NCBI RefSeq assembly: GCF_900546705.1
Contig: NZ_URDP01000003.1
Location: forward strand, 20,871 to 84,870
Reading direction: 5' to 3'
Source: an uncultured Oscillibacter sp.
Lineage (GTDB): Bacteria > Bacillota > Clostridia > Oscillospirales > Oscillospiraceae
Length of the DNA stretch: 64,000 bases
A model generated the notes under the pieces. It was not told the origin of the DNA. It saw only the letters and a program-made list of their open reading frames with translations, and did not search any database. Positions 59,619 through 64,000 of the stretch are shown here, piece after piece. Position numbers and translations under genes: made by a program. Within the stretch, counting starts at the first letter, position 1. Each line of letters starts with the position of its first letter.

Positions 59619-59648
59619 TTGACATTTTGCAGGATAGACGGGTATAAT
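59619..59648 (+). promoter_or_regulatory. Sigma-A promoter of sigH
   Basis: TTGACA-18-TATAAT, 5 nt before ATG. Confidence 0.75.
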
Positions 59649-59653
59649 ACAGT

Positions 59654-60295
59654 ATGTTCAGTTTGAAAGAACAACCATCCCAGATTCTGGAAAGGCAGGA
59701 TGACGAGTCCCTCTGTACCCTGGCAGCTGCTGGAAGCCGGGAGGCGGAGGAGATTCTGGTCTGCCGGTATACGCGGTTGGTCCGCACCTGTGCCCGTCCC
59801 TTTTTTCTCATCGGCGGCGACAGCGAGGATCTGACCCAAGAGGGGATGGTGGGCCTCATCAAAGCTGTCCGGGAGTATGACGCCGGAAAGGCGGCATCCT
59901 TTCGGACCTTCGCAGAAATCTGCATCAGAAACCGGCTGTACTCTGTGCTGCGGGCGGCGGCACGGGATAAACACCTGCCGCTGAATCAGTCGGTCCCTCT
60001 GGATACACCCTTCTTTGATAGCAATTCCTACACCTCCGGTACCAACGATCTGGCGCAGGGGAACCCCGAGACATTTTTGATCGACCGGGAACATACCGCG
60101 GCCCTTTTGGCCGGTGTCCGGAAACAGCTGTCCGAATTCGAAGCGAAGATTTTGGGGTACTATTTAGACGGTCTTTCATGTAGGGAAATTGCCGCATTGG
60201 TCGGTAAACCCCCCAAGTCCGTGGACAACGCCGTGCAGCGGATTCGGCGCAAGGTGGCACGGCAGCTTATTTCCGGCGAATTCAGCGAGAGCTGA
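59654..60295 (+). CDS. sigH: RNA polymerase sigma factor SigH-like
   Basis: FFLIGGD.EDL.QEGM.GL.KA, SFRTFAEICI, KH.PLN, KSVDNAVQR. Confidence 0.88.
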   Translation: MFSLKEQPSQILERQDDESLCTLAAAGSREAEEILVCRYTRLVRTCARPFFLIGGDSEDLTQEGMVGLIKAVREYDAGKAASFRTFAEICIRNRLYSVLRAAARDKHLPLNQSVPLDTPFFDSNSYTSGTNDLAQGNPETFLIDREHTAALLAGVRKQLSEFEAKILGYYLDGLSCREIAALVGKPPKSVDNAVQRIRRKVARQLISGEFSES

Positions 60296-60333
60296 GCGCA
60301 ATATATTTTTCTTTTCAAAGAGAGGGTAAAATC

Positions 60334-60615
60334 ATGTACGAAGACAAGACTTTAGTGTGCAAAGAGTGCGGCCAGGAGTTCGTGTTCACCGCCGGTGAGC
60401 AGGAGTTCTACGCAGAGCGCGGCTTCCAGAACGAGCCCCAGCGCTGCAAGGCCTGCCGTGATGCTCGCAAGAACGCCGCCCGCGGCCCCCGCGAGTATTT
60501 CACCGCTGTTTGCGCTGCTTGCGGCGGCGAGGCGAGAGTTCCCTTCGAGCCCAAGTCCGACCGTCCCGTTTACTGCAGCGAGTGCTTTGCCAAGATGCGC
60601 GATCAGCAGAGATAA
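60334..60615 (+). CDS. Double zinc-ribbon (CxxC-x17-CxxC) protein
   Basis: DKTLVCKECG.EFVFTAGEQEFY, CAACG...VPF.P...RPVYC.EC. Confidence 0.9.
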   Translation: MYEDKTLVCKECGQEFVFTAGEQEFYAERGFQNEPQRCKACRDARKNAARGPREYFTAVCAACGGEARVPFEPKSDRPVYCSECFAKMRDQQR

Positions 60616-60788
60616 CAAGCCGGTCTTCGGTTTTTATAATTGCGATCCGACAGGGCGCCCAAACGGGCGTCCTGTTTTTTTGCGCTTTTTAGGAAGACCC
60701 GGTGCCTTTTTCCTGATTTTCTATTGAATTTGAAGACACAATAGAGTATAATACCATCGTCGAATTTTGATTTTGGAGGAACCATCCC

Positions 60789-60995
60789 ATGATTACCATT
60801 ACCAAAGATACCATCATCGGTGATATCCTGGATATTGCCCCCCATACTGCGCCCATCTTCCTGTCCATCGGCATGCACTGCCTGGGCTGCCCCTCTTCCC
60901 GCGGTGAGACGGTGGAAGAGGCCTGCATGGTGCACGGCGTGGATGTGGACAAGCTGCTGGCTCTGGTGAATGAGGAGGCCAACAAGGCTCAGTAA
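60789..60995 (+). CDS. DUF1858 domain protein
   Basis: GMHCLGCP.S.GET.EEAC.VHG. Confidence 0.9.
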   Translation: MITITKDTIIGDILDIAPHTAPIFLSIGMHCLGCPSSRGETVEEACMVHGVDVDKLLALVNEEANKAQ

Positions 60996-61059
60996 GCCGC
61001 AATCAGGACGCATACGGGGCTGACCCGTATGCGTCCTTACACAGTGAGGAGCGTGATCC

Positions 61060-61791
61060 ATGGCAAGTAATATCCATTCCGCTGGCGCGCTTACGCTCTC
61101 GCCCCGACTGGCTTTCCTGGCAGACTGGGTGCCTGCCGGTGCCCGGCTGGCGGATGTCGGCACAGACCACGCTTATCTGCCGGTGTGGCTGGACACTCAT
61201 GGGCGGGTACAAAGTGCCATTGCCGCGGATCTGCGTCCGGGTCCGCTGGAAAGGGCCCGGGAAACCGGGCGGCGATACGGCGCACAGCATGTGGATTTTA
61301 GGCTTTGCGACGGACTTTCGGCTATTTCGGCGGAAGAATGCGACACCATCGTCATTGCCGGCATGGGTGGGGAGAACACCGCCCAGATCCTGAAGCATGC
61401 ACCCTGGACGGCGGACGGCTGCCATACGCTGCTGCTGGAACCTCACAGCCGTGCGGAGGTACTTCGCGGTTTTCTGGCAGAAAACGGCTATGCCATCCGC
61501 CGGGAGGCACTGATTCGGGACCGGGGATTTTTGTATCCTGTGATGGAAGTCACGGCCGGAGAGATGACACTTTCTCCAGGGCAGCTCTACTGCGGAGCGA
61601 AACTGCTGCATGATCCTCTGGGGGACCGATATATCATTGAACGGATCATTCAGCTGCAGGGAGTTGTGGTGGGGAAGAGCCGGTCTGCAAGCCCGGAGGA
61701 TCGGGCACATGCGGATTACCAGCGTGCGCTGATTACGGAACTGCTGACCATGAGAGAGGAGTGGCGCCATGCCAACTGTAAGGGAAATTGA
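61060..61791 (+). CDS. trmK: tRNA (adenine(22)-N1)-methyltransferase
   Basis: LS.RL, DVGTDHAYLP, IAGMGG. Confidence 0.93.
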   Translation: MASNIHSAGALTLSPRLAFLADWVPAGARLADVGTDHAYLPVWLDTHGRVQSAIAADLRPGPLERARETGRRYGAQHVDFRLCDGLSAISAEECDTIVIAGMGGENTAQILKHAPWTADGCHTLLLEPHSRAEVLRGFLAENGYAIRREALIRDRGFLYPVMEVTAGEMTLSPGQLYCGAKLLHDPLGDRYIIERIIQLQGVVVGKSRSASPEDRAHADYQRALITELLTMREEWRHANCKGN

Positions 61792-62557
61792 ACAGGCCCT
61801 CTACGCCATAGCTCCCAGGGAGGGGGCAATGGAGTGGGACAACGTGGGCCATCTGCTGGGCGATCCGGTGCAGGAGGTGCAGCGGGTATTGGTGTCACTG
61901 GACATCACCCAAGCCGTGGCGGAAGAAGCACTGGACCGGGGCTGCCAGCTGATCGTCAGTCACCATCCGGTGATGAACTGCAAATGGCTGCCAGTGCAGA
62001 CGGTTCGCTCCGATACGCCGCAGGGCAGGCTCCTTCTGACACTGCTGCGGGGTGGCGTTTCCGCTATCTGCATGCATACCAACCTGGATGTGGCGGTAGG
62101 CGGCGTGAACGATGCGCTGGCCCGGGCGCTGGAACTGGTGGACTCCGGCCCCTTGTGCGAGGACGGTCTGGGACGGATCGGGAATCTGCCCGCGCCTATG
62201 GACATAGCGGCGTTTACCCGGTTTGTCTGCCGCCGTTTGGGCTGCAACGGCGTGCGCTGGGCGGACGCAGGGCGTCCGGTTTCCCGGGTGGCGGTGGGCG
62301 GCGGCGCCTGCGGCGATTTGGTGGACGTGGCAGCTGCCGCAGGATGCGATACATTCGTCACCGCAGATTTGAGCTATCACCAGTTCCTGGACGCAGAGGG
62401 GAAGGGGATCAATTTGATCGATGCCGGCCATTTCCCTACGGAGGACCCTGTGTGCCGCCGGCTTATGGATTGCCTGATCCATGTGTTTCCCGGCTTGGAA
62501 GTGGTCAAATCCGCTTCCCACAAAGAAGTGATTCACTACTATGTTGAAGGAGAGTAA
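61769..62557 (+). CDS. Nif3-like dinuclear metal center protein
   Basis: WDNVG, SHHP, HTNLD..GGVND, DAGHF.TE. Confidence 0.93.
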   Translation: MPTVREIEQALYAIAPREGAMEWDNVGHLLGDPVQEVQRVLVSLDITQAVAEEALDRGCQLIVSHHPVMNCKWLPVQTVRSDTPQGRLLLTLLRGGVSAICMHTNLDVAVGGVNDALARALELVDSGPLCEDGLGRIGNLPAPMDIAAFTRFVCRRLGCNGVRWADAGRPVSRVAVGGGACGDLVDVAAAAGCDTFVTADLSYHQFLDAEGKGINLIDAGHFPTEDPVCRRLMDCLIHVFPGLEVVKSASHKEVIHYYVEGE

Positions 62558-62562
62558 TTAAC

Positions 62563-63297
62563 ATGTCTGGACATTCCAAGTGGCATAATATTCAAAAGAC
62601 CAAGGGTGCGGCTGACGCCAAGCGTTCCGCTGCATTCACCAAGATCGCCCGTGAGATCATTGTGGCTGTCAAAGAAGGCGGCAGCGGCGATCCCAACAAC
62701 AACTCCCGTCTGGCTACCGTCATTGCCAAGGCCAAGGCCGTAAACATGCCCAACGACAACATCAAGCGTACCATCGACAAGGCGCTGGGTGCCGGAAATA
62801 CCGATAACTACGAGGCTGTGACCTATGAGGGTTACGGTCCCGGCGGCGTGGCTGTCATCGTGGAGGCGCTGACGGACAACCGGCAGCGCACCGCCCCCGA
62901 AGTACGGCATGCGTTTGATAAGTGCAACGGCAACCTGGGTGCTCAGGGCTGCGTCAGCTGGTCTTTCGACCGCAAGGGTGTGATCGTCATTGACAACGAA
63001 GAGGGCGAACTGGACGAGGATACCGTTATGATGGACGCGCTGGATTCCGGTGCCGCCGACTTTGAGGCGGACGGCAGCGTTCTGGAAATCACCACGGACC
63101 CCGATGCGTTCAACGATGTGGTCAAGGCGCTGGAGGAGAAGGGTTACACCTTTGCCAGCGCTGAGATTGAGATGGTGCCCCAGAACTACATCACCCTGAC
63201 TTCTGAGGGTGACGTGAAAAACATGGAGAAGCTCATCGACATGCTGGAGGACAGCGACGACGTGCAGAACGTGTTCCACAACTGGGATAACGCGTAA
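62563..63297 (+). CDS. yebC: YebC/PmpR family protein
   Basis: MSGHSKW.NI, YEGYGPGG, DDVQNV. Confidence 0.96.
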   Translation: MSGHSKWHNIQKTKGAADAKRSAAFTKIAREIIVAVKEGGSGDPNNNSRLATVIAKAKAVNMPNDNIKRTIDKALGAGNTDNYEAVTYEGYGPGGVAVIVEALTDNRQRTAPEVRHAFDKCNGNLGAQGCVSWSFDRKGVIVIDNEEGELDEDTVMMDALDSGAADFEADGSVLEITTDPDAFNDVVKALEEKGYTFASAEIEMVPQNYITLTSEGDVKNMEKLIDMLEDSDDVQNVFHNWDNA

Positions 63298-63309
63298 TCG
63301 GATCAGAAC

Positions 63310-63335
63310 AGGAGCGGGAAACCGCTCCTTTCTTT
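63310..63335 (+). terminator. Intrinsic terminator after yebC
   Basis: AGGAGCGG-GAAA-CCGCTCCT plus T-rich tail. Confidence 0.75.
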
Positions 63336-63536
63336 GCTTAATTAATTGAACAAAAATTAAGCTTTGTTCAATTTAAATATAAGAGGTTGCCTCTGCAGCT
63401 GTGCCCCTCGGCCTATAAAAAACCAGGTCCCTGTGCTGCAGCGTGCCGGTTGCGCTTGATGTTTTTGTCCCTCCATGCTATAAATAATAAGGAACATATT
63501 GCCTGCAGGCTTGAACAGCAGGAGAGGAGAGAGACT

Positions 63537-63896
63537 ATGGAGGCATGGAAAAAGGACCGACTCACCGCATCCGGAGTGGATGTGGATGATGCGCTGGAAC
63601 GGTTTATGGGGAATGAGGGACTGCTGGAGCGTTTTTTAAAGCGCTTTTTGGAGGATGGAAACTATGCTGCTTTGTGCCAGGCTGTAGAGAACGGGGACGC
63701 AGATATGGCACTGACGGCTTCTCACACAATGAAGGGGCTTTGCGGGAATCTGTCCATGAAGACGCTGGGGGAGCTTGTCACCGAGCAGGTGACGCTGCTG
63801 CGCAGCGGAGATTTTTCCGGTGCCGCTGCTTTGATGGACCCCATCGGAACGGCCTATGATGCTGTTGCAGAAGCGATCCGGGGGTGCTGGACATGA
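63537..63896 (+). CDS. Stand-alone Hpt (histidine phosphotransfer) domain protein
   Basis: G.DV..ALERF.GN, SHTMKG.CGNL; SD GGAGAGGAG. Confidence 0.88.
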   Translation: MEAWKKDRLTASGVDVDDALERFMGNEGLLERFLKRFLEDGNYAALCQAVENGDADMALTASHTMKGLCGNLSMKTLGELVTEQVTLLRSGDFSGAAALMDPIGTAYDAVAEAIRGCWT

Positions 63897-64000
63897 GGAG
63901 TGCCCGGAAGAAGTGGGCACGCCTGTTCAAGGAGCTGCGGCTCTATGCGGCAGTTATTCTGGGACTGATGATCATGGGTACGGCGTTTCATGCGGTGCTG
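63893..64000 (+). CDS. Partial membrane-anchored protein, possibly a sensor/signalling protein
   Basis: ATGA overlap with Hpt gene; MRSARKKWARLFKELRLYAAVILGLMIMG...; runs off the window. Confidence 0.55.
   Translation, partial: MRSARKKWARLFKELRLYAAVILGLMIMGTAFHAVL

Noticed and set aside
63382..63427. preQ1-I-like string AGAGGTT...CCCTC...ATAAAAAACCAGG
   Set aside because: Stem-to-tail spacing is interrupted, it lies upstream of the Hpt promoter, and the downstream gene is unrelated to queuosine; an Rfam scan would settle it

Overview
GC-rich chromosomal segment of a spore-forming Clostridia bacterium; gene content and order suggest Oscillospiraceae (inference). It is mostly core genes: potAB, rluA, yceD-rpmF, der-plsY-gpsA, rpmB, hprK-ROK-murB-rapZ-yvcK-whiA, dnaE, the complete spoIIIAA-AH operon, asp23-nusB-xseAB-ispA, dxs-tlyA-nadK-argR-recN-crcB, T-box/tyrS, ABC-F, asd-dapA, spoIID-like-queA-tgt-yajC, spoIIM-xerD, an ECF sigma/anti-sigma pair, ruvCAB, glmM, sigH, trmK-nif3-yebC and an Hpt protein. 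The main feature missed by the ORF track is a ~655-nt structured non-coding RNA (33545-34200) recognisable as an OLE RNA, followed by its partner gene oapA. OLE is a known class, but here it is separated from ispA by a terminator-bounded AGCS-transporter/mmuM cassette and has its own sigma-A-like promoter with an upstream TGTA-N2-TACA palindrome. Other points: a CsxA-like Cys-rich exosporium gene with a sigma-K-like promoter, sigma-E promoters for spoIIIA and spoIIM, an apparently leaderless sigH, face-to-face asd/spoIID promoters and small AT-rich inserted modules. No CRISPR array, rRNA, tRNA, prophage or intact IS was seen. All family calls come from motif recognition, not database searches.
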